From assembly GCA_036785375.1 (NCBI GenBank), contig JAWMAR010000384.1, forward strand, positions 1,550,001 to 1,614,000: DNA of 64,000 nucleotides, read 5' to 3'. Under the pieces are notes generated by a model that was not told the origin of the DNA, did not search any database, and was given only the letters and a program-made list of their open reading frames with translations. The number at the start of each line of letters is the position of its first letter. Position 1 is the first letter of the stretch. Of this stretch, positions 40,760 to 53,374 are shown in pieces. The position numbers and the translations under genes were made by a program. This DNA comes from Leucoraja ocellata (Eukaryota).

Positions 40760-41050
40760 GAATTGATTGATTGAAAGATACACCTTGGAAACAAGCACTG
40801 AGTCCATGCCGACCATTGATCTCCCATTCACACTAGTTCTATGTTATCCTACTTTCACATCCCTTTCCTATACATTAAGGGCAATTTTCAGAGGCAAAAT
40901 AGCCTACAAGCTCCTACGGCTTTGGGATGTAGTAGGAAACCCACGTGGTCACAGAGAGAATGTGCAAACTACACACGGACAGCACCCAAGGCCAGGATCT
41001 AATCTGTGCCTTTGTTGCTGTGAGATAGCAGTTCTACCTGCTGCATCACT
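40760..41050 (-). mobile_element. V-SINE (tRNA-derived, HE1-like), diverged
   Basis: gagagaatgtgcaaactacacacggacagcacc is the reverse complement of the V-domain core; CR1-like tail. Confidence 0.75.
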
Positions 41051-41759
41051 ATTAGGGAGCTTTAGAACAGTTCCCAGCAAGGAGAATACAGAGTGAATCT
41101 AAAGGGGGATTATTGTGAGGGCAGGAATCTTAGATGGTGGTAGGGGAGCAGTTAAATACCCTAAAAATTACGCTAGTAACAATGATAAAGGAAAGTTGAG
41201 AGAAAATTTGCTGAAATTGTTCAGGAGAGCATTGTCTTGTCAGTATGTTTCCAAGCTGCTGAGGAGGCATTGCTGGATCTGTTCCTTGGGAAGGAGGAGA
41301 ACAAGTCACAAATGGGAGGACAGTTTGGAAACAACAATAGAATCACAATATTTAGATTTACAAGGAAAAAGGGGAAGAACATTTTGAAATTGGAAGAGTG
41401 CCAATTTTACAAGGTTGAAAATGGCTCTGGCCGAGATCTGTTTCCTGACCTAATGAGTATTTTCATCATTTTTTGTAATAGTTCATCTGTGATTAACCAG
41501 TCTTCACCACCCTCTCCTGGCAGTACCGTCGTTTGTCTTGTTCACTCTCTTTGGACTCCACTCCATCACAGACAATCTCTGTTCTTTCCACCCTCCCCCT
41601 TTTGCTGTTGCATGAAGCATGATTAATTTTTAACATTTTCTAGTTCTGATTAAAGATTACAAGCTCTGTTTCTCTTTCCATTTTTATTATTTTCCATTCC
41701 AACATGTTTAGTTTTTAATGCCCATAGGGGCTTCCAATGTCTTCTGTTTACTGTTGTTG

Positions 41760-42270
41760 CTAGGGTAAACTGAAATCAAAGCTTGGCAGGCAAGGCTCAA
41801 TTTAAACAATTCGAGGCCTTGAATTGAGAATGGTTAGGATACTGTTTAGGTATATAATAGTTGGAGAAAAGTAGGGCAACTAGTGCCTTTGCTACTAAAA
41901 GCCGAAATTCATGGATGAACGAAAATAAGTCGATTTGAGATGAAGCAAAAATAGGGGGGGGTTACGACAGAGGTCAAGTACATCTGGCCAAATATAGAAA
42001 TACCAGAGGGAATGTTAAGAAATTGAAATAAAGGCAAAGAGGAAACGTAGTTAGACCAGCAAATCGAAATATGTTCAAAGTATAAACATAATAAATGGGT
42101 AGTAGATTGATCCTAAGCACAAGAAACATAGGATGAAGACTGGTGGAACTGAAATTGTTCTCCCTGGAGTACAGATAATGATGGAAGTGTTCAAAATCAT
42201 GAAGGCTCTTTAAATAAGAGAACCTGTTCCCATTGGCCAGAACGGTTGCGTTGTGGAGGTTATTGATTTA
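41760..42270 (+). mobile_element. Old CR1 LINE fragments (approximate)
   Basis: aattgttctccctggag...atggaagtgttcaaaatcatgaagg...cctgttcccattgg CR1 ORF2 3' motif. Confidence 0.5.
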
Positions 42271-42519
42271 AGTGAAAATAGAAAATACTGCAGATCCTGG
42301 AAAAAGAACAGAAGCGGCTGGAAACGCTCAGTAGATCGCGCTGAAGAAAGGTTGGGTCGATGAGATCATGTGTGGAGAAAGAGGGCATGATAGAAATGCT
42401 GCATGAGGATTTTATACCTGTTTTAACTAGAGATTTCTGCTAATGTTTTTGTAAACAAAGGCAGTTGGGATATTGCAGAGGTTAAGAATTGATAAAGGTG
42501 CCATCTGTATTTGAAGTAG

Positions 42520-42995
42520 GTTAGTCATCAGGTCCTATGTGCTTATGGTGCCTGTGTTACATCCATACCCCTCTGCAATTTTTTGCAGTCTTGAACAGAG
42601 CTGTTGCCAAACCAAGCTGTAATGCATCTGAAAGGATATTTTCTGTTGAGCATCTTTAGAAGTTGATAAGAATCACTGGAGACATGCCAAAGTTTCTGGC
42701 ATTCCTATGTATTGATCAAAACGATAATCCCAACAAAACTCATCTCCAGGCTCTTGGACCCAAGAGTCAGCAGCCTTCCCTGCCATTGTATCCTCGACTT
42801 CCTGATTCAATGTAGTTGTCCAGGACAAATTGTTAATGATCTTTATGGCAAGGAACGTGAAGCTCTCAACCATCTCCACTTTGACACCATAAATGTTGAC
42901 TAGGGCGTGTACACCGCATTGTATCCTGAAGTCAATAACTAACTCCTTCGTCCACCTGATATTGACGGAGAGGTTATTGTCATCCCATTGCTTCA
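42520..42995 (-). mobile_element. Rex/Babar-like LINE RT fragments, internally rearranged
   Basis: WDDNNLSVNIRWTKELVIDFR...VEMVESFTFL on minus; TIIPTKLISRLLD...CHCILDFL on plus. Confidence 0.7.
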
Positions 42996-43084
42996 ATAGA
43001 TGCTGCTTGACCCGCTGTGCACCTCACTGAGTTTCTTTGGTGCTCCAGATTCTGGCATGGGCAGTCTCCTGTTCCTTTCAAATA

Positions 43085-44281
43085 CAGGTGCACAACCTTT
43101 TATCCGAAAGCCTTGGGACCAGACACTTGTCGGATTTCGGACATTTTCGGATTTCAGAATGGAAGATTTTTAGCGTAGATTAGGTAGGTAGCGCGGGCGG
43201 CTTGAAAAGTCTGGAGCAGCTGCCTCCTCCCTGGAGACCGGGAGAATCATTGCATAAATGTTAGTCAGTTAGTTTGGAGGGATTTTATGTGGTGGTGGTG
43301 GTGTAGGGGTGAAGGGGGAAACTTTAATTCTTAGTCCCCTACCTACCTGGTCGGCGACTCCCAACCTCGCGGAGCTGGGGGCTCCGTCCGGCCGCGGGCG
43401 GCGCCGGTTGTAGCTCCGACCCCGGCAACTCTACCCCTGGCTGCGAGGCGCTCCAAATCCAGCGCGGCCCGCGGCCGGACGCCCCAGCTCCGCGAATGTC
43501 GGGAGTCGGCGGCGTCGCAGCGCTGGGATAGCAAGCTCCGGAGCGCTGTGGCCGCCTTCTTCCAACATTCGCGGAGCGTCGCTGGATTTGGAGCCGCGGA
43601 GCTGGGGGCTCCGTCCGGCCGCGGGCGGCGCCGGTTGGAGCTCCGACCCCGGCAACTCTACCCCTGGCTGCGCGGCTCCAAATCCAGCGACGCTCCGCGA
43701 TGTTGTGTGTCGGCGGCCACAGCGCTCCGGAGCTTGCCGCACGGCGACCCGGTAAGGCAGTGCCCGCACCCCGCTGGTATCCCATCGCTGCGACGTCGCC
43801 GACTCCCGACATTCGCGGAGCTGGGGCGTCCGGCCGCGGGCCGCGCTGGATTTGGAGCGCCTCGCAGCCAGGGTTAGAGTTGCCGGGGTCGGAGCTACAA
43901 CCGGCGCCGCCCGCTGCCCCACCGGCCACAGCGCTGCGGAGCTTACTGCACGGCGACCCGGTAAGGCATTGACCGCTCCCCGCCTCTCCGACCAGGTAGG
44001 GGACTAAGAATTAAAGTTTACCCCTTCACCCCCCTTCACATAAAAGCCCTCCAAACTAACTGACTAACATTTAAGCAATGATTTACAGATGTTTAAGCGT
44101 CTCCCGTTCTCCAGGGAGGAGGCAGCCGCTACAGTAGTACAGACCTGGGTTGACCGTGGGTCGTTTTGGGTCAGGTTTGGCGCCAAACGCGAGCTTTGGT
44201 GCGCAGACGACATCTGGAAAAAATGGCCGGTTTTCGGAGCTTTTCGGTTTCTGGAACACCGGATAAAAGGTTGTGCACCTG
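43085..44281. mobile_element. Non-autonomous Tc1/mariner-superfamily (Tigger/pogo-like) element with a GC-rich foldback core
   Basis: 22-bp perfect TIRs caggtgcacaaccttttatccg (43085-43106 / 44260-44281) flanked by TA on both sides; internal inverted repeats. Confidence 0.9.
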
Positions 44282-45364
44282 TAGATAATCTTGTTCCTAG
44301 TTCCATGACATATGGAACCATGAACTATGTGTATTCTTTTAACACAGCATCAAAGCAACATTGGACACATTGTTTGTTCAGTTTCCCATCAAGATAAATT
44401 CTCCCATGACCATTAGATTCCTTTTTCTATCTCTTTCTTTTTCCATTAGCACAATTTTTTTACAAGACTAAAATATACCCATCAGGGCTTCGTTGAGGTT
44501 TTTGGAATCGGCAACATTGTTCTACGAGGGCAAGATTCGTTTTTTTGCTTTGCCATTATGTCACCATTTAACATCTGAGCTCCTCCAATCACCCCAACAC
44601 ACACATCTTCAATCAGTACCAACACAACCATCATTGTTTCTATGATCTTTCTGAACTTTGGAAACATTTAGTTTATAACCACCCATGTAACCACTTCCGA
44701 GCCACTACTATTGACAAATTATCCTACTTCAAAACTCTGAAGAGTTTTCTCCTGTTTTCTGTGCTGACCATTCAATGTTTAGGTCTTTTTTCAATTACTA
44801 CTAAAAGCAGTCTACCCTATCCCAACCCTTTCATCATTAAATCCTACAATTTCACCCTATAATCTGCATTGCTTGAATGAAAAAGATCAGACCTTTTATG
44901 CCTTTCATCTTGTGTTTGTATTTCCATAGGTCAGACTTCATCTGGTTTTGCATCGCTGCCCCAACTTCTAATTATAGTTGTACATAAATTAGTTTATATT
45001 TAATTATGTTATGGCTGTAACTTCTATTTGTCATATTTAAATAGTTTTGCACGTACTAGTGCCTGATTACATATTGATGATGTCAAGAAACTACATAACT
45101 ACTCTAGTCTCCGACAGTTACAGCTACTCCTCCGTAACCATGTTCTGGTTGAATTAATGTTGTTCATTAGCTAATTACTATTCAGCGAGTGTCTGATTTT
45201 TATCTGTTCATGCCAGGAGGGGAGAATTAGAGATTTTGACCTGGGCTCTAGACATCAGCTGCATTAACAGGCAACATTTATCTTTCTGCCTGAATGAAAT
45301 ATATACAGACAAAAATGGGCAAATATTTGAAAGAAATGTAGAACTAAATAGGCACTGTACTTCC

Positions 45365-45849
45365 CAGACTGATTCCTGGGTTGTCAGGACTTTCATATGA
45401 AGAAAGACTGGATAGACTCGGCTTGTACTCACTAGAATTTAGAAGATTGAGGGGGGATCTTATAGAAACGTACAAAATTCTTAAGGGGTTGGACAGGCTA
45501 GATGCAGGAAGATTGTTCCCGATGTTGGGGAAGTCCAGAACAAGGGGTCACAGTTTAAAGATAAAGGGGAAATCTTTTAGGACTGAGATGAGAAAAACAT
45601 TTTTCACACAGAGGGGGGTGAATCTGTGGAATTCTCTGCCACAGAATGTAGTTGAGGCCAGTTCATTGGCTATATTTAAGAGGGAGTTAGATGTGGCCCT
45701 TGTGTGGCTAAATGGATCAGGTGGTATGGAGAGAAGGGAGGTACAGGATACTGAGTTGAATGATCAGCCATGATCACATTGAATAGCGGTGCAGGCTCGA
45801 AGGGCCGAATGGCCTACTCCTGCACCTATTTTCTATGTTTCTATGTTTC
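45365..45849 (+). mobile_element. Young CR1 LINE 3' fragment
   Basis: Open frame GLSYEERLDRLGLYSLEFRRLRGDLIETYKILKG...NLWNSLP; (ttctatgt)n tail. Confidence 0.92.
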
Positions 45850-46449
45850 CTGATTTTGTTATTCTAGTTATTTAGCTTGATTAATTAATTTTTTAAACTG
45901 TTCCTATCGGTTGTTAAATTGAGCTTTATCTTCTTGGCCAGAAGATATTAGTGATATTCAGGTACAGTTTTATGCAACTTAGATAATGGGTTTTTTTAAT
46001 TCCAAATATGTTAAAATTACCTCGGACTTTTAATTTTTTGATGCACATCATTCATTCACCAACATTATATATAACTCCTGTTCTCATTGGGAAATTCCAT
46101 AAATGTTCAGAACTCAGAGGAAATCAGATGAGACCAGTAGACAGTCAGAACATTCAAGGAAAGCTGCAACATAGAATGATTTGCTGGCAGCCGTGTATAA
46201 TGCCATCCAGAATGGTGGTCATTTAGTAATTACCAAAGATTACTGAAAATATGGACTGGACAATGTGACTAGCCTGACACCGCTTGAAATCACACAGTAA
46301 GCCATTAAGAATGCACCACATGAAAGAAGAAGAATTGTGGTTTAGGCTGCAGTTCAGTAGAAATGAGTCCACTGGAGTATTGTACTCGCCACTGCAATTT
46401 GCATTGTTGTTAAATTTTGAGTCTTTAGTTCGCAAAGGTAATTGTGGTA

Positions 46450-46530
46450 CAGTAAAGCCTCGTTTTAACGGACTACTTCATAATGGATTTCAGATTTAGT
46501 ATATGGACCTGTTAATGCCACCCCTGGCTC
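46450..46530. mobile_element. Possible Tigger/pogo-type terminal fragment
   Basis: TA-CAGTAAAGCCTCGTTTTAACGGAC resembles a Tigger TIR; partner TIR not found. Confidence 0.35.
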
Positions 46531-46795
46531 GCACTGTCTTCCCAGCCGTTTAGAGCCCCGGCTTCTGACGCCACCCCCGACCCGCAAGATGCACCAATGA
46601 GCCTTTCTTCACCCACCTCATGTGGTGCTTCATATTATTGTAGCTGTAGATATAATATTATGGTTCCCAATAATGTACATAATCGATTCTTGTTAATTGC
46701 ATGAAATTGTAAAAGTACATAATTGCTGGGTAGTTTGTCTCTTAAGCCACTTATCTTACACATAATTCCACCTTTATAAATTAAAGGATGCTTCA

Positions 46796-47500
46796 GTTCA
46801 TAAGTTATAGGTGCAGAATTAGGCCATTCGGCCCATCAAGTCTACTCCGCCATTCAATCATGGCTGATCTATCTTGCTCTCTCAGCCCCATTAGCCTGCC
46901 TTCTCCCCCGAATGACTCGTACTAATCAAAAATCTATCAATCTCTGCCTTACAAATATCAATTGACGGCCTCCGCAGCCTTCTTTGGCAATGAATTCCAC
47001 AAATTCACCACCCTCTGACTAAAGAAGTTGCTCCTCATCTCCTTTCTAAAGGTATGTCCTTTTATTCTTAGGCTTTGGTCTCTGATCCTAGACTCTCCCA
47101 TAAGTGGAAATATCCTCTCCACATCCCCTCTCCCCAGGCCTTTCACTATTCGATAAGTTTAAATGAGGTGCCCCCTTATCCTTCTAGATTCCAGCAAGTA
47201 CAGGCCCAGTGCTGTCAAGCGCTCATCATATGTTAACCCAATCATTCCTGGGATAATTCTCGTAAACCTCCTCAGGACCCTCTCCAACACCAGCACATCC
47301 TTCCTCAGATATGAGGCCCAAAACTGCTCACAACACAAATGCGGTCTGACCAGTGCCTTATAAAGCCCCAGCCTGATTTTATATTCTAGTCCTCTCGAAA
47401 TAAATGCTGCCATTAAATTTGCCTTCCTTACTTCCGATTTGACTTGGAAATTAAATCTTAGGGAATCCTGCACCAGCACTCCCAAGTACCTTAGCACCTT
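46796..47500 (-). mobile_element. CR1 LINE 3' fragment
   Basis: Minus ORFs LYKALVRPHL...LERVLRRFTRIIPG and RVVNLWNSLP. Confidence 0.9.
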
Positions 47501-48304
47501 CAATTCTGCATTCATTGTCATTGCCAACATGAAGAAATTCGACTATTCTCAACAGAGAGACAATTCTCCAATTGTCTCTCTCACCTGTTCATCCTCTGAG
47601 TGTCTCTTTCCCTTCTTGTCTTTGATAAGGTGTTAACCAAAACCCACTTCCACAACTACAACTCTTTCCTTAGCATCAAATTCTGAATGTTTCAGCAGAG
47701 CTTGGGCTCTGAAAAAAAAATTCAGGAGGTTTCCTAAAATCATGCCATGACATTTATTAACAAATTATTCTCCATGCTTTCTGTTATGAAGTCAATTGCC
47801 ACTTACCAATTTCTTTGAAATCTGCCATTGAATTTGAATTTTTACCAAACAGCTCAAGTTCTGCATCAAAATTAACCTGTCTTCATTTTAAAAGTTTATT
47901 TCGACCTATTTTCAGGTTCCTTCTATATTAACTATGGTTCGTTGCACCTAATTATTTTTGATCAACAAAGTTACCACACAGAGTAAATAAAGACATAAAC
48001 TGACTTGCTGAGTTACTCCAGCACTCTGTATTCTACGCAAAGCACATTTATGTGAACAACATGCTCCCTGCTATATTAACTTCCGTATTCTTAAGGGCTA
48101 ATAATATAATCGTAAGTAAATGATACAACCCTGCTGCAACATATTTGGATATTCATTTCCTTTGTTAATATCAGAATAATCACTTTATTCTTTTCCAAGG
48201 TGGACAGAAAATAATCAATAAACTATTTTCATGAATTTGGCCCATTTTGAACATTAATGCTGCAAAGTTCTGAGGTAAGTATAGGAAGGAAGGTTTACAC
48301 TGGA

Positions 48305-48660
48305 GATTGACACAAAATGCTGGAGTAACTCAGCGAGGCAGGCAACATCTCTGGAGAGAAATAATAGGTGACATTTTGGGTTCCTTCATTTCTTAGCCTC
48401 CCTCAACAAGGTCAATGTGAACCCCCCTGCTGCTTCTGGGACCCCACTCCTCCTTTTGCTCTCTGGGATCCTGCTTCTGTTTCGCTACTGTTACTCCCCC
48501 TCCTTCATGTCATTACTATTATACTCCTTCTGCTACCACCTTTGGAATCCAATCCCAGAATTTCCAGCAACCTGCTCCCAGTGCTCCAGGTGATCTGCAC
48601 TTTACAGACGTCATGGGGCATTTTGTATTTCATCAAAATCCTGCACGAGAATTCCATATA
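48305..48660. mobile_element. Penelope-terminus piece plus decayed GIY-YIG-region remnant
   Basis: gacacaaaatgctggagtaactcagc...ataggtgacattttggg, followed by an opposite-orientation decayed segment. Confidence 0.55.
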
Positions 48661-49469
48661 AAGGCGACCTCTGCAGATGCTTTCTCAAGTTAAGTAATAT
48701 GAATACTCCAAGATACTTTCATTGAAGATGTTCCACTGTTTTAGTATTGTGTTGAAGATAGATGGGACCAATGCAGTAAGACAACTGCTTACCAGTTATC
48801 TGCATCTGTCCTCAATTTGTCGAAACACAATATCAGATGTGTCTTGGCCTAATTTAAATCATTAAGCTGTTTACTTCCAAAGTAAGACAGATGTACAGAG
48901 TAATAGGTTTTGATTAGATTTGCTTACTTTAAACCATAAAAGCTGTGTCCCATGATTTGGATTAAATAAATAATATATGCTCCCTGGACTGGTCTAATTA
49001 AGCAAAATCAAACTTTAGCATTCTGTTAAAGTATTCCAAGCTGTATCTTTTTCCATTGTAGCTTTCTAAACTTGGCATCCGGATGTCTGTGCAATGTGCA
49101 TTTACCAAAACTTGTGATAGCCATGTTGCTGTTGACTGGTTTCAACCACCCCACAGCAGAATGAATGGGCAAGTGTCGCTCCAGTTATCAATCAAACTGA
49201 TGTTTAGTTTATGGGTAAAAAAACATTTCGATTAGCTCCTCTGTCAATGTGTGTCAGTGTAAAAAAAAAAGTTGTTGAGAATGTTAATTGTATTTTAAAA
49301 CACAGCACTAGAAACCATACCATAATAGAATGTTTTAAAATACTGATATATAATGGGTTCAAATTACCAAGGTTTTACACTCCAAGAATTGTTCCTGCTT
49401 TATCTCTTGAAATGATAATCTATAAATGCTTCATCAAGAAAGATGGTTATATATTTGCCTTACCCTTTG

Positions 49470-49912
49470 GTACATAGAACAGTACATCACAAGAATGGGC
49501 CCTACAACCCACAATGTTTATGCCGAATATGATGGCAAGTTAACTGAACTCTTCGGCCTGTACATGTTCCATATCTCTCTATTTCCTGCGCTTCCATGTG
49601 CCTATCTGAAAGCCTCTTAAATGCCACTGTCATATATGCCTTCACCCTCACCACGGCAATGCGTTCCAGGACCCCACGACTGTCTGTGTAAACTACCTGC
49701 CCTGCACATCTCCATTAAACTTTTCCCCTTTCATCTTATAGCTATAAGTCTCTAGTGTTGGGGATTTCTACACTGAGGAAAAAGGTTCTGACTATATTTC
49801 TTATCTATACCTCATATTTTATATACTTCTATCAAATCTCTCCTTGTTCCAGAGAAAACAATCTATGTCTATCCAACCCCTGTAGCTAAAACCCTCTAAT
49901 CCAGGCAGCATT
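49470..49912 (-). mobile_element. CR1-type LINE 3' fragment, second subfamily
   Basis: Homologous to 14619-15072 across its length. Confidence 0.75.
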
Positions 49913-51396
49913 CTACTGTACAGAAGTCGGTATCATTTATTGTAACTGTTATAAAACATGTATAGTCAAATTTATGTAGTAAACACTGCTGAGTGAATAT
50001 CATACGTGCACATTTTTCACTAATACCCGTACTCTCATAACTTCAGTGATACTGGGGAAAAAATATTCTCTAAACCGACACCAGCAAATATCAGACATAT
50101 CTTTCAAAGTACCAATGAGTAATTGCAAAAAGAGTCAGAAGTCTAGAATCATTCTTCAGGCTTGTGCTATTCATCTTCATAAAATGGTAACATTGTTGAA
50201 TCATTTTTGCACTCCATACATCCATTGGTGTTCAATTCTCAGATATAAAATTACTTGGACAATTAATAGAATAAATCAGACATTGTAAATAGATTTTGCT
50301 ACTGTAATGAAACTAACAGCTCCTTCCGAAGTCTTCACATGCTGTGTATGATGCAGAAACCTATAAGATATCCTGTTGCTCTGCATGGAGCACTGTGGGA
50401 GCTCATCACAGGTAAAAATCCTGTATGAAGTGAGAATTTTAACTTTTTACATAAATATGCTCTAAAATCCCATGGAAAAATAATCTCCATTACACAAAGT
50501 TTATCTGACATTTTAGGACCATATGAAATAATAATTTTAAACCATGCTTTACAAAAGTAATTCTGGACACGGACACTGTTTTTTCATATTTGAAGATTCC
50601 ATGCTTTACAAAATAATAAAAAATAATTGGTATTTTTGGTCTAATTTACTTGACATGTTGTTTCTGCCTTAATCTTGTGTATGTCTCAAACTTCAGATCA
50701 TTTTCTGTAAAAAGTTTGAAAATTGGAGACTGTTTTCTTGTGTATAATCTGCGCAAATTGTTCAATTCTGGCTGCTCAGCTGACCTCAAGACATCACTGT
50801 TACGTGATGCTGCGTTTCATGGAGCCATAATGAAATTAACGTTAGGGGAAGGAATAATTCATCACAAGATCTTTTTGGATAACTCTTTTTGAGTTCAATG
50901 CCACGGACTGTTATGCCACTGCTGACTGGAATAAGGGTCAGAATTTTGGGGCATGGTATATACGCTTTTAAAGGCATCATGAGAAGCATGTACCAGACTA
51001 AAGGGGAAAGAGTTGCTTTTAGACCTATTGTTATCAAACCTCTCCACCAATGCAATTATTCGTATTCCAGATTTTTCAAGACAAATTTGTAGAGATTGAT
51101 TGCCATGATTAGAATTTGTTATCTTTGTATCAAGTAACTGTGTACATGGTAGACGGGCCTTGCTCTTATTGCTTGTTAGCATTTCCCCTCTTTCCATTAA
51201 AGCAATGCCAATGCAGGTTCCAATGTTCAGTGGGTTGAACATCATTCTGTATTTCATTATTTAAGTGTGTATATAATTTTCAGACATCCATCCAGTGAAT
51301 TTCTAAGACCAGAGGAGCAACTCCTAATCCACTTCAAATGTTCTCTTTAACTTATTTTTTAATGCACTCTCACTTGCATTCTCGCTCTCACGTTTG

Positions 51397-51401
<5 letters not shown>

Positions 51402-51436
<35 letters not shown>

Positions 51437-51479
51437 CACACGCACACGCACACGCACACGCACACACACACACACACAC
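51402..51479. repeat. Compound microsatellite (CA)n/(CACACG)n
   Basis: Read directly. Confidence 0.95.
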
Positions 51480-52294
51480 TGTGACCCTCTGCTGTCTCAC
51501 TCTTTACTCTTTCTGCCTATGTTATTTTGTTTGACTCCATTTTCTATTTCTCTATTCTCTAAATGGTCATGAAGAGAACATATTGTGTGTGAATTTCACA
51601 AGGATTGAGGTGGTAATCCTAACACTGTTACATCTTATTACAGTTATAAAATACTTACAGCATAGAGGCCATTCATTGTAATGTTGACATCAACATTTTG
51701 GACCACCATTATTGTGTGATGCTGATGGTGTGCACGAGGCAGATTAAGGTGGTATGTTGGAATTGCCAACTTCAGCAACTTGTAGCCCTGCCTGTGAAAT
51801 ATAACAGGCAAATTGTAAGAGATCAGCCTGCAGTTTCTCAAAATCATAATTGCCTGGTCTCCAGGTCCACTCCTGGCATATCTCTGAAAGCTTTAACAGC
51901 CAACACAGCTCCACACCTGTTGCCGTCAGCTGTCAAAATTGCGTAATTGATTTCATAGTCTTTAAATGATTATGATTTTTGGGAATGTATAAACATTAAT
52001 AACATGGAAGTAAATAATTTTCAAAAAATATTTTTAGATCTGACCAGTTAGATTGACTTTACTATACTGACTTTACAGACAGTTACCAAACATTTTGCAG
52101 TTGAAACAGCTACATGGCAGCAATACATTAGGAATCCTTTGCAGCAACCAGTGAATCTTACCTGAGAATTCTGCACACTAACTCTCCATTTTCCTCATTT
52201 TATTTTGCTGATTTGATCCCACAATTGAAGAGAAGCAAATGTATTATGAATCATTCTTGTGAGTGTAAGAACATAAAGAAAGCAATATTCAATA

Positions 52295-52590
52295 TCCAGA
52301 ACAAGGTCACAGTTTAAGGATAAGGGGGAAATCTTTTTTCACACAGAGAGTTGTGAATCTCTGGAATTCTCTCCCGCAGAAGGTAGTTGAGGCCAGTTCA
52401 TTTGCTATATTTAAGAGGGAGTTAGATGTGGTCCTTGTGGCTAAAGGGATCAGGGGGTATGGAGAGAAGGCAGGTACAGGATACTGAGTTGGATGATCAG
52501 CCATGATCATATTGAATGGCGGTGCAGGCTCGAAGGGCCGAATGGCCTACTCCTGCACCTATTTTCTATGTTTCTATATTTCTATGTTTC
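52295..52590 (+). mobile_element. CR1 LINE 3' end
   Basis: Closely matches 45535-45849, with (ttctatgt) tail. Confidence 0.9.
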
Positions 52591-53018
52591 AAGTGTTCTA
52601 TTTGAAATCTGCAGCCACTCTGACACTGAAAGGAGAATCTTTTACAAGGTTGTGTTTGCGATTATCATTGTTACATTACATTGGCGCGTGCAAAATCAAT
52701 CATTTGGCTGCAAAGAATCATGAAATTTGAATGTTTTCGAATTGTACATTCAGAAAAAGGACACATTTAAAAGTTCAAAAACTCATGAATGTTTTTTTTT
52801 GTTCTGGGATGCCATAGGTTGCTTCAGTTTCTGTGTTCAAAAAATAATGAGAAAATCCACAACCTACCAGTCACATGAATTTAGGAACAATTATACAAAG
52901 TAGTGAGATGCTTCACTCGCTTGCAATTATCTCTATAGAAATTCCCATCAATTCCCTGAATGGACAGCAGATATATGGATGTACTTCATTTTAATGGTTG
53001 TCGCTCATATACTTTCAG

Positions 53019-53136
53019 GTGGAGAGTCATACTGGGGGAAACCTTTCAAGGATGAGTTCAAACCCAATCTCTCGCACACTGGTCGAGGCATCCTCAGTAT
53101 GGCCAATTCAGGACCCAACACCAATAAATCGCAATT
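53019..53136 (+). CDS. PPIL2: PPIL2 cyclophilin-domain exon ([40 protein letters not shown])
   Basis: actttcag|GT and ATT|gtaagt; 118 nt, phase 1 to 2; LSMAN..P.TN.SQF motif. Confidence 0.97.
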
Positions 53137-53374
53137 GTAAGTGACTTTCTTCCCTCCAAACCTGTAATAAAAAAAAGATAGTTACATTATGTTCTGTATT
53201 AGGTTTACTGAACTTAGCACGCTTGTAAAATACTCTTCCCGAAAATTTATTTAAAGGATTTTTGACTTTCACTCTAAAGGGAAAAGATACTTGTTTGTAG
53301 AAGAAATCACTCCCATTATTCAGAATTTCAATTCTCTGCTGTGAGTACTGAATCCAGGATAAAACAAATTCTCG

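Noticed and set aside
43339-43972. Overlapping 90-196 aa ORFs on both strands
   Set aside because: Stop-poor GC-rich repeat core of the foldback transposon; repetitive Ala/Arg/Gly/Pro translations with no domain
50786-51257. Overlapping ORFs as a nested antisense gene
   Set aside because: No recognisable domain or consistent splice structure; lengths within chance expectation
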